From: a virus
Taxonomy: Duplodnaviria; Caudoviricetes
IMG/VR virus record: IMGVR_UViG_3300042543_000175
Coordinates: 1-56,545 of that record
Direction: 5' to 3' (one strand)
Length of the DNA stretch: 56,545 bases
In this document: piece by piece, positions 18,247 to 27,781 of the stretch
Numbering within the stretch: the first letter of the stretch is position 1
How the letters are laid out: each line of letters begins with the position of its first letter
Notes under the pieces: model-generated
Told to the model about the DNA's origin: nothing
The model's database searches: none
The model's input: only the letters and a program-made list of their open reading frames with translations
Translations under genes and position numbers: made by a program

Positions 18247-18599
18247 AGACGTTTCTTGCGGCTACAGGCGGGCTTGCGGGCTTTCATAGCCTTGGGAACC
18301 TCAATGGCCCGACGAACCTCTGTATAGGTCACGGGGCCAGCAACTCCGTCTACATCGGTATTAACCAAGGCTTGGATCTTCTTAACCCCCCTGACGTTAA
18401 TCTCGTTAGTAACGTAATTAACAATGGAGAGAATAAGGGCAACAATAAATCCTGTGAGGCTGACTTGATCAACAGACTCAGCCAACTTGGGATCAATCAT
18501 GGCGAGCTTAGAAACAACCGCCGCCACAGCCATGGCGATAAGCGGAGTGATGATGCCTCCAGATTTAGAGACTAGGAATGCTAGGATTTTATCTTTCAT
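18243..18599 (-). CDS. Holin-like 2-TM protein with peptidoglycan-binding-like C-terminal motif
   Basis: Two hydrophobic helices, then VKKIQ...DGVAGPVT, then basic tail. Confidence 0.6.
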   Translation of the reverse strand: MKDKILAFLVSKSGGIITPLIAMAVAAVVSKLAMIDPKLAESVDQVSLTGFIVALILSIVNYVTNEINVRGVKKIQALVNTDVDGVAGPVTYTEVRRAIEVPKAMKARKPACSRKKRL

Positions 18600-18603
18600 T
18601 TGA

Positions 18604-18888
18604 TTATTCTTCCACCTTCACGCGCTGAACTGCCGATTCAATCGTAAAACGAATTAAGGACTCGGAAGCATCGATGCCGTTACGAAGAGCCGCTTGGGTA
18701 AGCTTTTTAACAGCAGCCTCGCGTTTTTGCGACCCAGTTTTGCTAGAGTCAGCCAACTCGCGGACGATGTCCAATGCGAGAGGCAGGAGGGATGCGGCGG
18801 CATCCACGAAGAGTTCACGAAGGATGGGAGCATAGAAACTCCAGATTTTGGCGGGAACCCCGAATAGATAAGTGAAGAATGATTTCAT
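18604..18888 (-). CDS. Putative holin (LL-H-like)
   Basis: Hydrophobic N-terminus, TGSQKREAA...IESAV pattern, lysis cluster. Confidence 0.55.
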   Translation of the reverse strand: MKSFFTYLFGVPAKIWSFYAPILRELFVDAAASLLPLALDIVRELADSSKTGSQKREAAVKKLTQAALRNGIDASESLIRFTIESAVQRVKVEE

Positions 18889-18904
18889 AGGTTTTAAAGC
18901 TAGA

Positions 18905-19189
18905 CTAGAATCCTTTGGATTTCAAGTAATCTTCGATTCTTTTTGTGCGCTCGTCAATGCGGGCTAGGGTCTCAGATCTCTCTTGGTTTTCCTTATTAAT
19001 CATTTCAATCCGCGCATCCTGTTTAGCATCATTAGCTTGGATAGACCGCATTTGTTCTGGCAAGACAACCCATCCATTGAGCGCCGAAAATAAAGTAACC
19101 ATCAAAGCAACCCCAGCAATCAACTCACTCATCGTAAGCTTTACTCCGCGCTCCAGACCTCTGCGTCTTGGTATTTCTTCGATACTCAT
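18905..19189 (-). CDS. Single-TM coiled-coil membrane protein of the lysis cluster
   Basis: LIAGVALMVTLFSAL helix followed by LARIDERTKRIE. Confidence 0.55.
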   Translation of the reverse strand: MSIEEIPRRRGLERGVKLTMSELIAGVALMVTLFSALNGWVVLPEQMRSIQANDAKQDARIEMINKENQERSETLARIDERTKRIEDYLKSKGF

Positions 19190-19878
19190 AGTGAAGTAAT
19201 AATTGCAGCAACTTGGTAACGCCAAGGCCAGTTGATGTAGGTGGCTAGGTTGGCGGAATTGCCTGTGTCTCCGCGATAGGCTGCTGCGATATGGCCCAGA
19301 GCCTGCTTCTCGCTCCAGTCGATAGTGCCAAGGCTCGACCCCGAAACAGCATTATAAATATCTTTCCAAGCGTATTGTTTCGGTAGTCCAATATAAGCCG
19401 CTTCATCTTTCGGTGCGCCTGCGGCTACGGCAATCTTGGCCCAGAGGTAGCGTTCTGGGAGGGTGACGTAATTGGCAATTGGATTGGTTGCGGGGATTTC
19501 GGTGACTGTGGGGGCTGGCCCAGTCCCCACATCAGATGGCTCCCATGTTTCAACTAACCAAGGAAATTCAACATCTTCAGTCGATTCATAATAGGTATCG
19601 CTAGCAGAGTCGTTTATTCTCCAGAGTTCAGTTGTCCAATATATTGAAGAATCTGTTACACTGTTTGCAGCGTCAACCAAATTATAGTAAGGCTTCCCAT
19701 TTTCCTCACCACGCGCAGTGTAAGTGCCATTAGCCTCATCAGACCCCGCCCCAGAAACCAAAACACTAGATGGCCCAGCTACTTCTTCTTTTTCTCCTAC
19801 CAGCCATTGGGAAAGCATCATCCTTCGGGGCAGATCCGCCGCCGAAGCAAAAGTAGCATTTAAAGTTGGAAGGGCCAT
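19186..19878 (-). CDS. Putative virion protein
   Basis: 230 aa downstream of the capsid gene; repeated Y-x2-(L/W)P-x2-Y motif. Confidence 0.5.
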   Translation of the reverse strand: MALPTLNATFASAADLPRRMMLSQWLVGEKEEVAGPSSVLVSGAGSDEANGTYTARGEENGKPYYNLVDAANSVTDSSIYWTTELWRINDSASDTYYESTEDVEFPWLVETWEPSDVGTGPAPTVTEIPATNPIANYVTLPERYLWAKIAVAAGAPKDEAAYIGLPKQYAWKDIYNAVSGSSLGTIDWSEKQALGHIAAAYRGDTGNSANLATYINWPWRYQVAAIITSL

Positions 19879-19899
19879 AGTCTATGGAACCCTTACAGC

Positions 19900-20145
19900 T
19901 TAAGCCATGCCCATGATTCGCTCACCCATGCCAGCCATAGGGGACACGCCAGCTTCCATTTCGTCAGCAGCCTCGTCCTCCATCTCGTCTTCGTCTTCGG
20001 CCTCTTCAGCCGCAATCTCGACGCCAGCCAACATAGTGGGAACCAGCGAATCTCCGTCAACACGGAAGGTCACAAGCTCTTCAAAGGTGTCGCCATCAGC
20101 AACATCTTCAGGCAAGGTATAATCGGTCGGTATAGTTAATTTCAT
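19900..20145 (-). CDS. Acidic hypothetical protein
   Basis: 81 aa, E/D-rich. Confidence 0.6.
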   Translation of the reverse strand: MKLTIPTDYTLPEDVADGDTFEELVTFRVDGDSLVPTMLAGVEIAAEEAEDEDEMEDEAADEMEAGVSPMAGMGERIMGMA

Positions 20146-20167
20146 AATAGTTATTCTCTCCTCATAG

Positions 20168-20198
20168 AGCTTGCCTTAGATTTTACTCCAAGGCAAGC
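20168..20198. terminator. Hairpin downstream of the capsid gene (terminator or processing site)
   Basis: GCTTGCCTT...AAGGCAAGC inverted repeat; no clear U-tract. Confidence 0.4.
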
Positions 20199-20221
20199 CT
20201 TGATGAATAGAGACTAACTAA

Positions 20222-21454
20222 TTACGCGAGGTAGCCGTAGCCTGCGCCAGACGGGCAAGCGACGAGGTCGCCAGCCAGATTGCAGCGCAAGTGAAGCAGA
20301 TAATATCCAAACTCAGGGAAGATCTGTTTCGCCGCACAGGCCATCTTTGCCCGCCAGTAACCGCTGTTTTTGTCAGGGTTGCAATTCTTGTCGTACTCGT
20401 TGATCCAGCGGAAGTCTCCGCGATAGTTCTGAGCATCATAGACAAGCTTGCCAACCTTGAGGTTCGGGTTCGGGACGAGCCACTCAACGGCCTTCGGATG
20501 GAAGATAACCGTGGAGGTATACTTCGCAGCCTTGTAGGCGGGGTTGATGATATACTTCGTTCCCTTGACCGCGCCAGAGGCAGCGATATACGGGGCAACT
20601 TCGGTATAACCACCAGCACCGTCATCGTTGAAACGTTTCGGGAACGGGCGGCTATGGAAGACGAATCCACCGTAAGCCTTCTTGGGCAGGAGCGAGGAGC
20701 CGTTGGCACCAAGCAGATCGTTAACGCGATCACTGTAACGGATATCCTGACGGACATCTTCGTTGAGCTTGATCAGGTTCTCAATCGTGGCGCGTTCGGC
20801 AAACACGTTGAACACAGGCGAACCGTCATCAGTCACCGCATCACCGTCATCACCAGCGTTGTTCTGGTAGAGGCGGTCATAGAGTTCGCGAAGGACACCA
20901 ACCGTGAGGACGGAGGTAGGATTCGGCAGGGAGCCAAAGGTGGAACCAGCGGTCTCAGCGAGGCCAGCCTCGACAGAGATCTTGGTCACCGTGGCATAGT
21001 AATCGTCATCATAACGCTTGATCCACTCAACGTTGACGTTGTCGGCCAAGATTTTGATGTAGTTGTTGACATCGTCAATCGGGAAAGCCGAAGTGCGAAC
21101 GTCTTCCAAGCAGATCCAATCCGACTCAATCGCCTGATGGCGGAGCGAAAAGGTCTTCTGATCGAAGGCGTAGCCGACTTTCTTGACGGGAGCCAAGCAG
21201 GAGTTGTCCTGACCAGACTCACCCGTCACACCGATTTCCTCCCAGCCGCTGCCTGTGGCAACCGTGCGCTGGGCGATGGTGTTGGTGATGGTTTTCCCCA
21301 TGTTGTCGGGGAATGCGGACTGCGTAACAAAACGCAGATAAGGGTCTTTATACAGACCCAAGCGATGGGTGCCAAGGGCAATACGTCCAGTCTCTCTCTG
21401 GAAATTGTCATTGATACTTTCGCATGTAACGGAAGCAGCATTTGGTGCTGACAT
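20222..21454 (-). CDS. Major capsid protein
   Basis: 410 aa, follows portal and scaffold, strongly biased codon usage, own promoter and downstream hairpin. Confidence 0.75.
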   Translation of the reverse strand: MSAPNAASVTCESINDNFQRETGRIALGTHRLGLYKDPYLRFVTQSAFPDNMGKTITNTIAQRTVATGSGWEEIGVTGESGQDNSCLAPVKKVGYAFDQKTFSLRHQAIESDWICLEDVRTSAFPIDDVNNYIKILADNVNVEWIKRYDDDYYATVTKISVEAGLAETAGSTFGSLPNPTSVLTVGVLRELYDRLYQNNAGDDGDAVTDDGSPVFNVFAERATIENLIKLNEDVRQDIRYSDRVNDLLGANGSSLLPKKAYGGFVFHSRPFPKRFNDDGAGGYTEVAPYIAASGAVKGTKYIINPAYKAAKYTSTVIFHPKAVEWLVPNPNLKVGKLVYDAQNYRGDFRWINEYDKNCNPDKNSGYWRAKMACAAKQIFPEFGYYLLHLRCNLAGDLVACPSGAGYGYLA

Positions 21455-21627
21455 AGTTTTAGTTTCTTTCTATTTAGTTTAAGGGTTAGGTTTGATTTCA
21501 GGGCATAGAATGCCCATCTATCGGTTGAGTTTCTGGGCCGCGACCAGAGATTTACGGCTACAAATTTTGAAGGCGCTAACCCGCCAGCGAGGTGTCTGCG
21601 ACCAACTCAGACTTCAGTCTTGGGTGC

Positions 21628-21656
21628 AAGCTATTACATTTGCACAAATTTGTCAA
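21628..21656 (-). promoter_or_regulatory. sigma70-type promoter for the capsid gene
   Basis: TTGACA-17-TAGCTT. Confidence 0.65.
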
Positions 21657-21666
21657 TAGCAGAATT

Positions 21667-22986
21667 TTAGCGCCGACCAAGAATCGTCTTGCCAAAGTTC
21701 ATCAGACTATCAACATCTTCATCATCGTCGCTAACATCAGTCTCGGTGGCCTTGCCCAAGCTGGGGGTGGCCCCGACTAGACCTTCTAGCTGGGTTTGGA
21801 GTTCTTTGATCTTAGCATCTTTTTCGGCGCTTAATTTTTCGGTCTGGGCCGTATAGTGATTAATGGCGCTCTCAAGGAAGGGGACTACTGCTGCCCGTGC
21901 GAGGATGGCACTGCGGTCTTCGACGCTCAAACGATCCAGATTGGTCTCGGCAGCATTCTTCTTGGCTGCGCGGATGTGGCTATTCCAATCATCCTGCCCG
22001 TCGATTTCTTGGAGGAAGCTGTAGCGGTCTTCCAGATTTGTCCATGTCTTGGCTGTAAAGGCTTTCTGGAGGCGGAGGTCATTCTCAATAAACTCCTGCT
22101 CGGATTGGGCCTTACGAGCATTTTCGGCCTCTGCGAGGGATTCCGCCTCTTTCTGGAACCGCTCATGGTATTGGGCCAACTCATGGTATTTATCGGCCAT
22201 CTTGACGATGGACAACTGCTCCATGCGCTTGAAGTCCGCCGTCAGGTCTTCCAGAGAGTCGATACGCTTGCGGGCATCTGGCTCTGTTAGGGCTTGCCAA
22301 AGTTTGGAGAAGTCGGCGTCATTGGCTTCTGCAATAGCCTTCAAATCACCTTGGAGGCCACTCAGGGGCTTTTTAATTGTTTCGACGTATTCGGGGCTTC
22401 TTTCAAAGTTTGCGGTCTTTAGCTCGCGATTAAGCTCTGCCATGCGAGTTTTGTAAGCCTCAAGCTCTTCTTGGAGGGTCTTGACCGTTTCCCCTTCATA
22501 CTTACCAACCTTCTCTTTGGTGGCTTCCAGTTCGGCCTTCAGGCGATCCCGCTCTTCGCGGGCTTTTTTCATTTCACCTTTGATCTCTTTCCAACTTGAG
22601 ATTCCTTTCTCGGAATCATCTCCTTCAGGTTTATCGGAAACAGGCTTGTCGGAGAAGTGGGGATTGATCGGAAGATCATCCTCTGAAGTGTTCTCATTTG
22701 ATTTCTCTTCGGTCTTCTCGGAAGAGACTTCTTTGGTAATATCTGCAACCTTTTTCTCTACCTCTTCCTTGGTGGACTTGGATTTGGTTTCCGCCTTAAC
22801 GGGAGTTTTTTTCTCCGCTTTGGGAGTTTCCTCTTTTGGGGTTTCGGCTGCGGGTTGCTCTTGCTCTTGTGTTTCGGGCGTTTCATTGGGTTGAGCTTCT
22901 GGGGCTGGTTCGACATTAGCCGTTCCAAAAACAGTTCCTGCAAAGTCCGCATCACCCGTAAGGGCAGAGTTGAGTATATTAGCCAT
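21667..22986 (-). CDS. Putative capsid scaffolding protein
   Basis: Disordered E/K/P N-terminus plus long coiled coil, between portal and capsid genes. Confidence 0.65.
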   Translation of the reverse strand: MANILNSALTGDADFAGTVFGTANVEPAPEAQPNETPETQEQEQPAAETPKEETPKAEKKTPVKAETKSKSTKEEVEKKVADITKEVSSEKTEEKSNENTSEDDLPINPHFSDKPVSDKPEGDDSEKGISSWKEIKGEMKKAREERDRLKAELEATKEKVGKYEGETVKTLQEELEAYKTRMAELNRELKTANFERSPEYVETIKKPLSGLQGDLKAIAEANDADFSKLWQALTEPDARKRIDSLEDLTADFKRMEQLSIVKMADKYHELAQYHERFQKEAESLAEAENARKAQSEQEFIENDLRLQKAFTAKTWTNLEDRYSFLQEIDGQDDWNSHIRAAKKNAAETNLDRLSVEDRSAILARAAVVPFLESAINHYTAQTEKLSAEKDAKIKELQTQLEGLVGATPSLGKATETDVSDDDEDVDSLMNFGKTILGRR

Positions 22987-22994
22987 AAGTTATA

Positions 22995-23282
22995 TTAGTT
23001 AGTTTCTTCTGAAGTTATATGAGAGAAGGGTTCTGGCAAGTCAAATTTAGGTTTATTTACCTGTCCATAACCCAAAGTTTCAATGAGATCCATAACCTCT
23101 TGACTGCCCTCATAAAAACCCGCGCTCTTAATAAACACGGGCGACAGATCGAACCCTTGGGCCACGGGACTGCTACTCCGTTTCGGTCGAACCCGTTTGG
23201 AGATAAATTTAAGCCCCTTCTGCATATGGGGCATCGCCCATGTCTTAGCCCACTCGCGGGCATCTTGATCTGTCCAATCCAT
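22995..23282 (-). CDS. Hypothetical protein (head module)
   Basis: 95-aa ORF. Confidence 0.55.
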   Translation of the reverse strand: MDWTDQDAREWAKTWAMPHMQKGLKFISKRVRPKRSSSPVAQGFDLSPVFIKSAGFYEGSQEVMDLIETLGYGQVNKPKFDLPEPFSHITSEETN

Positions 23283-23327
23283 TAAGAAAATAGCTACACC
23301 TTATTGGTGGTGCTGTTTATAGAAAAT

Positions 23328-23669
23328 CTATTTCTTGCTTTTCTTTTTCCACTCTTCGTATTGACGGCGATTATCGCGGGCTTTTTCGGCACTTTCGCGA
23401 CCAATGCTTCCGCTCTTTGCGGGAGCCTTAACTTTGCCAAAATTAGGAGAAGACATCATGCCTTCAATTCTTTTACGGCTTTCTTCGGGTGTGCGAGAAT
23501 AAGTTGTCTCTCGTTTTGGATAGCTCATTGCGCGAGCCTCGTTTCTGGCGTCTGTTTTTACTTTATTGATAGCCATACTGCCAAGTCTAGCAGCGGCAAC
23601 TCCTGCGGGGCCAAGAGCCATGGTTGCTCCCTTAATCCAATCATCCCAAGGTTTTTTCTTTTCGGCCAT
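23328..23669 (-). CDS. Hypothetical basic protein
   Basis: 113-aa ORF with an apparent own promoter in the AT-rich gap. Confidence 0.55.
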   Translation of the reverse strand: MAEKKKPWDDWIKGATMALGPAGVAAARLGSMAINKVKTDARNEARAMSYPKRETTYSRTPEESRKRIEGMMSSPNFGKVKAPAKSGSIGRESAEKARDNRRQYEEWKKKSKK

Positions 23670-23711
23670 AATCGTGTATATTATCTATTGTTTAGTTTTT
23701 GTCTAGTAAAA

Positions 23712-25988
23712 TTATGCCTGTGCCGCCATAGGGGGTCGGCCTGCGGGTTTGGCGGTTTTCTCCAGAATAGAACTGCGGGTCTTGAGGTCATTGAGAGCCA
23801 TCTGCTGACGGATTGTCTCCATCTTCTGTTGATGTGTCTCTTGGTTCATCATCCGCTTTTCCTGCATTTCGGCCAACTTTAGTTGCGCTTTTTGCATTTC
23901 CATCTCCATCTTAGGATCGATTTGCCCCTGCGACTGCTCTCCAGCTTGAATGGCCTGTTCTTGCGCTTGGCTTTGTTGGGCCATCATGCGGTTGATTACT
24001 TGTTGTTCTAGCTCATCAATGTAAGCCGTAAGATTCTGGAGTTGGCGCTTGAGTTCGCGAACCTCCTGCGCCCTAAAGCTGTTATTAGAAAACAAGACAA
24101 GATGTTCTGTAACGTGGTCGGCGGCAGGACGAAGAATTTGCATTGCTTGCTCATCGGCCATCTGTTGCTGACGATGAGCTTCAATAATCTCGGCAATCAT
24201 CGGGATGTGAGCCTCAATATGAACAGCATGGTTTTGACTGTCGTGAACCATCTGCTGGATACCTTGACGAAGATTTCCGTTTTCCAGATTGGCAATATCG
24301 TAATCGATGGTACGGCGCGGGCCTTTATCGGAGACAAAGAGATTAACTTTTTGCCAACCCACACCAGAGATGCCAGCGATGACAGAACGAAGAGTGTTTT
24401 CTTTGCCCTTCTCATCCATCAAGGAATAAAGCTCCATGAGTTGCTTGGATGCCATTTCGGTCATTACGGGACTTCCATCACCCATGGCGCGGAAGGCTGT
24501 GACTTTAAGAAACTGGCGCATACGCTCGACACTCACGCCCCTGCGGGCGCAACGCCTGCGAAACTCAAGAGCAAGCTGTCCTCCCTTATCATTGGCGGTT
24601 AGAAGCGGATTTACAGCCCTGCGGTATTGCTCGGTCAAAAGCTTGTTATACGGGGTGTAAAAGAGTTCCAGTGCTGCGGCGTTCAGTGTGGATTCTTGGC
24701 GAGCCTGTTGAACAACCTCTGTAGCAGAACGGGCCTGACCATCTGATCCTGTTTGGCGTGAGCGGTAACTACCTGTGTTATTTTGCAACACTTGGCTCAT
24801 CAGGTTGTAAACAGGAAGACCTTGAGTGGCAATCGAAGGAGGTTGAAGTTGAATCGGGGTTAGTCCGCTTGGTATGAACGTATAAGGCCCGACTTCGATA
24901 TACTGGAAGTCTTGGATTGCTTCGGCGTCACCCTGCAATTGTATGAGTCCTGCTGTGATGGCAGCTTGTGCTGATTGACAAAGAACGCGATTGGAAATCT
25001 GGATCTGGTTGTAAATCTTTTGTTTGAGTCCGCGAATTGTGTGGAAGGTTCCTTGTCCCACTCCATAGGTGAAGATAACGAAGCACTGATTCACGTTTCC
25101 ATAACGGCTGTAACGCTCATAGAGAAAATCCGAAGAATCGCGGGAACCGATAAGTTGAGTGAACTTGCCATCAAATTCGCGGTTGTAGCCGTAGATTAGT
25201 TGGGCGCGGTGGTAGGCTGACTCACCAGCATAAAGGTCATTCTCTTTAATTTCGCGCTCAAAGTCTTCCCAGTGGGCAGTGTAGTTCTTCCATTGATCGC
25301 GCTTGGTAGAAGCTTTCCAAATAGCTTGTTTAACCGAATTAAGATTCCAGCCCAGTTCTTTTGCGGCTTTAGGATTGCGGATATAACGATAAAGTTCGCT
25401 TACGCTCATGGAGCGTTGGACGATAGCCACTTCGATAGACTCATCTGATACTTTTGTATCACGGGCTACTTTGAAGTCTTTGAGACCGCAAGGCTCCCAG
25501 AAGATAGAACGTTCGTCTGGCCACATAGCTACTCCGACCCCGTCACCCACAAACTCGCGGGAAAGAAGTTGCATGTTGTAGGCATGATCACTCCACTCTT
25601 TAAGCATCCAGTCAAACTCTTCAGAGATAATTTCGGAATCTTCATTGGAGTCCCCTTGATAGGAGTCCATAACGACATTAGCAATGCGAGGAACCCCGTT
25701 CTGGAGTTCAATATATGGGGCCAAAGCCGCTTCCATGATGGCATTAGCTTCCCCGAAGTTGGCGTTGACCACATGGGTCAGTCCTTTGGATTTTAATTCT
25801 TCGGCATCGTAGGGGGCTTCTCCATTGACTAGGGCTTGCGCCCGCGCCCGAAGATATGCCGCATCCTCATCTTGTTCGATATACTTGTCTGCAATAGAGA
25901 CAAGGCTATCAGATGATTTGATGCGTTTTTTCGGGGGACTACCACTTTCTGGTAGATTTTCCAATTCTGCGTTGCCGTTAGAAGCCAT
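23712..25988 (-). CDS. Portal protein (P22-like architecture)
   Basis: 758 aa; RSATEV motif, Q/M-rich helical C-terminus, upstream of scaffold/capsid. Confidence 0.75.
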   Translation of the reverse strand: MASNGNAELENLPESGSPPKKRIKSSDSLVSIADKYIEQDEDAAYLRARAQALVNGEAPYDAEELKSKGLTHVVNANFGEANAIMEAALAPYIELQNGVPRIANVVMDSYQGDSNEDSEIISEEFDWMLKEWSDHAYNMQLLSREFVGDGVGVAMWPDERSIFWEPCGLKDFKVARDTKVSDESIEVAIVQRSMSVSELYRYIRNPKAAKELGWNLNSVKQAIWKASTKRDQWKNYTAHWEDFEREIKENDLYAGESAYHRAQLIYGYNREFDGKFTQLIGSRDSSDFLYERYSRYGNVNQCFVIFTYGVGQGTFHTIRGLKQKIYNQIQISNRVLCQSAQAAITAGLIQLQGDAEAIQDFQYIEVGPYTFIPSGLTPIQLQPPSIATQGLPVYNLMSQVLQNNTGSYRSRQTGSDGQARSATEVVQQARQESTLNAAALELFYTPYNKLLTEQYRRAVNPLLTANDKGGQLALEFRRRCARRGVSVERMRQFLKVTAFRAMGDGSPVMTEMASKQLMELYSLMDEKGKENTLRSVIAGISGVGWQKVNLFVSDKGPRRTIDYDIANLENGNLRQGIQQMVHDSQNHAVHIEAHIPMIAEIIEAHRQQQMADEQAMQILRPAADHVTEHLVLFSNNSFRAQEVRELKRQLQNLTAYIDELEQQVINRMMAQQSQAQEQAIQAGEQSQGQIDPKMEMEMQKAQLKLAEMQEKRMMNQETHQQKMETIRQQMALNDLKTRSSILEKTAKPAGRPPMAAQA

Positions 25989-26015
25989 TGAATTAAAGAG
26001 TTTAGGTTATTATGT

Positions 26016-27041
26016 CTACTGTGTCCAGCCAGTTATGATCCCGTTGGATATGGTCACGGAGTTCGTGGTGTAGTTAGTTCCGTTGTAGGAGACAAAAGTG
26101 CGGTTGGTGGTGATGCCACCGCCGAGGCCGAGGTTGGTTCTGGTTGTATCGGCGTTTGTCGTGGCGTTGAAGCTGATTGCGCCGTCGATTCTGGTATTTC
26201 CTCCGAGTTGAACTCGCTGTGCTGCTGATGATGAAAACGCTCCTCCGATGATCACGCCATTAGTAACAGCCTGTAAGATATGATAAGACGGTGAATGGTT
26301 TCCGTATATTTCAAACTTGTTCTGTTTTGCATAAAAGATAGTGCTGTTGGCAGAGTTAACAAATTGAAGTTCTGCATAACTACCACCGTTTGTTGCCATG
26401 TTTGCAATAACCGCTGTGCCGCCTGCGCCAGCATTATTGAATTCTACCTTTAATGCGCTTGCCGCATTCCAACCTAGATTGGTTACACCTATGGTCAACG
26501 GGTAAACTGAATACCCCCAACCAAGAGCCGAGTTTGTCTGACTGCCAACAAACATCAATGGACGGGTTCTTTGTCCAGAGATATCCGTCACATCAAAATA
26601 CATTTCCGCGACAGTTCGCGCAGGGTTATTTGTATTTTGTTCGGAATTGTATTCGTTCTCCAACACTAACGCCACTGAGCCAAAGTTGGTGTTTTTGCGT
26701 GTAAAATCATTTCCATCAGCAGTTGGCTGAATGTTTTGCCCCCACGCGCCCTGTGACCAATTGGTTTGATTGATACCAAACCACAGATTTGTCGCATGGC
26801 GACGAGAAAATGCCAACATAGATCCATCTCCAACCCCATCTGAAGTTTGCCAAAACAATGTTGGAATATTGGTGGTGTCAGATCCTTTGATCTGAATGTT
26901 TTTTAAGAACGTGAGCGTGTTCGTGCCGCTATAAACCACCTGACCGTTGGTTGTGTTATACCCCAGACTCTTGATCGTCTGGCCATAGACCCCGACTCCC
27001 AGAATCCCGAATAAAAGTGTAAGTGCTAGTTTCTTCATCAT
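26016..27041 (-). CDS. Tail fibre/spike-like protein with signal-peptide-like N-terminus
   Basis: T/N/G-rich beta sequence, TRTNLGLG motif, C-terminal VTISNGIIT. Confidence 0.55.
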   Translation of the reverse strand: MMKKLALTLLFGILGVGVYGQTIKSLGYNTTNGQVVYSGTNTLTFLKNIQIKGSDTTNIPTLFWQTSDGVGDGSMLAFSRRHATNLWFGINQTNWSQGAWGQNIQPTADGNDFTRKNTNFGSVALVLENEYNSEQNTNNPARTVAEMYFDVTDISGQRTRPLMFVGSQTNSALGWGYSVYPLTIGVTNLGWNAASALKVEFNNAGAGGTAVIANMATNGGSYAELQFVNSANSTIFYAKQNKFEIYGNHSPSYHILQAVTNGVIIGGAFSSSAAQRVQLGGNTRIDGAISFNATTNADTTRTNLGLGGGITTNRTFVSYNGTNYTTNSVTISNGIITGWTQ

Positions 27042-27253
27042 GGTAATACCTCTGTTAGCGGGGTTCCGTCTGTGTCTACTCTGAGTCGGCGTCTGACCCC
27101 ATTGGAATCCCGAAAGATAATCCCCTTGGCCGCATTGGTGATCTCAATGTCATCTGACCCCACCTTGAAGGCAGCATCGTCTCCCTCCGCATAGGTTCCT
27201 GCGGTGGTGCCAGCTACTACTGGTAATGGGTAATATGCAGAGAGGGAGGCCAT
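27038..27253 (-). CDS. Small fibre-associated protein
   Basis: GTTAGTYAEGDD motif resembles one in the 1052-aa fibre. Confidence 0.5.
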   Translation of the reverse strand: MASLSAYYPLPVVAGTTAGTYAEGDDAAFKVGSDDIEITNAAKGIIFRDSNGVRRRLRVDTDGTPLTEVLP

Positions 27254-27294
27254 GAAATATGTATTGTATTATGTTTCGGGATTTGGGGCTACTA

Positions 27295-27780
27295 TTATGT
27301 TTCAGGATTTTGACCTGATTGCAACCCCGCCACAGCCTCCCCACTCGCCTCCGCAAAGCTCGCCTGCGGCACGCCGAAAGACCCCGCTGGTGCGGGTGTC
27401 GGGTTCGCGGCCCATGAAAGCATGACGGTTTCCAGCCATGTCTTCGCGGCGGTCATCTTCGGGCCGAGGGGCTTGCCTGCTTGAGCAAGGGCCATGCGAA
27501 GCTCTTGCAGGGCGGCGATCTGGTAGGCGCTGAAGTATTGGCTGACGGCTTGTTCGGCGGTGATCGTCGCCACAGGCGCAGGAGTCCCCGCGACCCACTG
27601 CCGCTCCACGCGATCCTCAAGCCAAACAACATTCGGCTCCCATGCGCCTTGTTCGGGCTTCGGGATTTTGACCAGCGGCACAACCGTCTGCCCCTCTGGC
27701 ACATCGCGCCAGTTGCCCTCGTCATCGGTGAGCAGGCTGACGAGTTGCTGTGAGGGCACAAGGCCGACTGTGAACATTTG
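27295..27780 (-). CDS. Putative tail fibre assembly/chaperone protein
   Basis: Directly downstream of the fibre gene; ATG at 27780 (track start 27792). Confidence 0.45.
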   Translation of the reverse strand, partial: QMFTVGLVPSQQLVSLLTDDEGNWRDVPEGQTVVPLVKIPKPEQGAWEPNVVWLEDRVERQWVAGTPAPVATITAEQAVSQYFSAYQIAALQELRMALAQAGKPLGPKMTAAKTWLETVMLSWAANPTPAPAGSFGVPQASFAEASGEAVAGLQSGQNPET

Positions 27781-27781
27781 A

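Noticed and set aside
20291-21451. 386-aa plus-strand ORF antisense to the capsid gene
   Set aside because: Shadow ORF expected from the strong codon bias of the capsid gene; no recognisable motifs. The same applies to antisense ORFs over the scaffold, portal and fibre genes.
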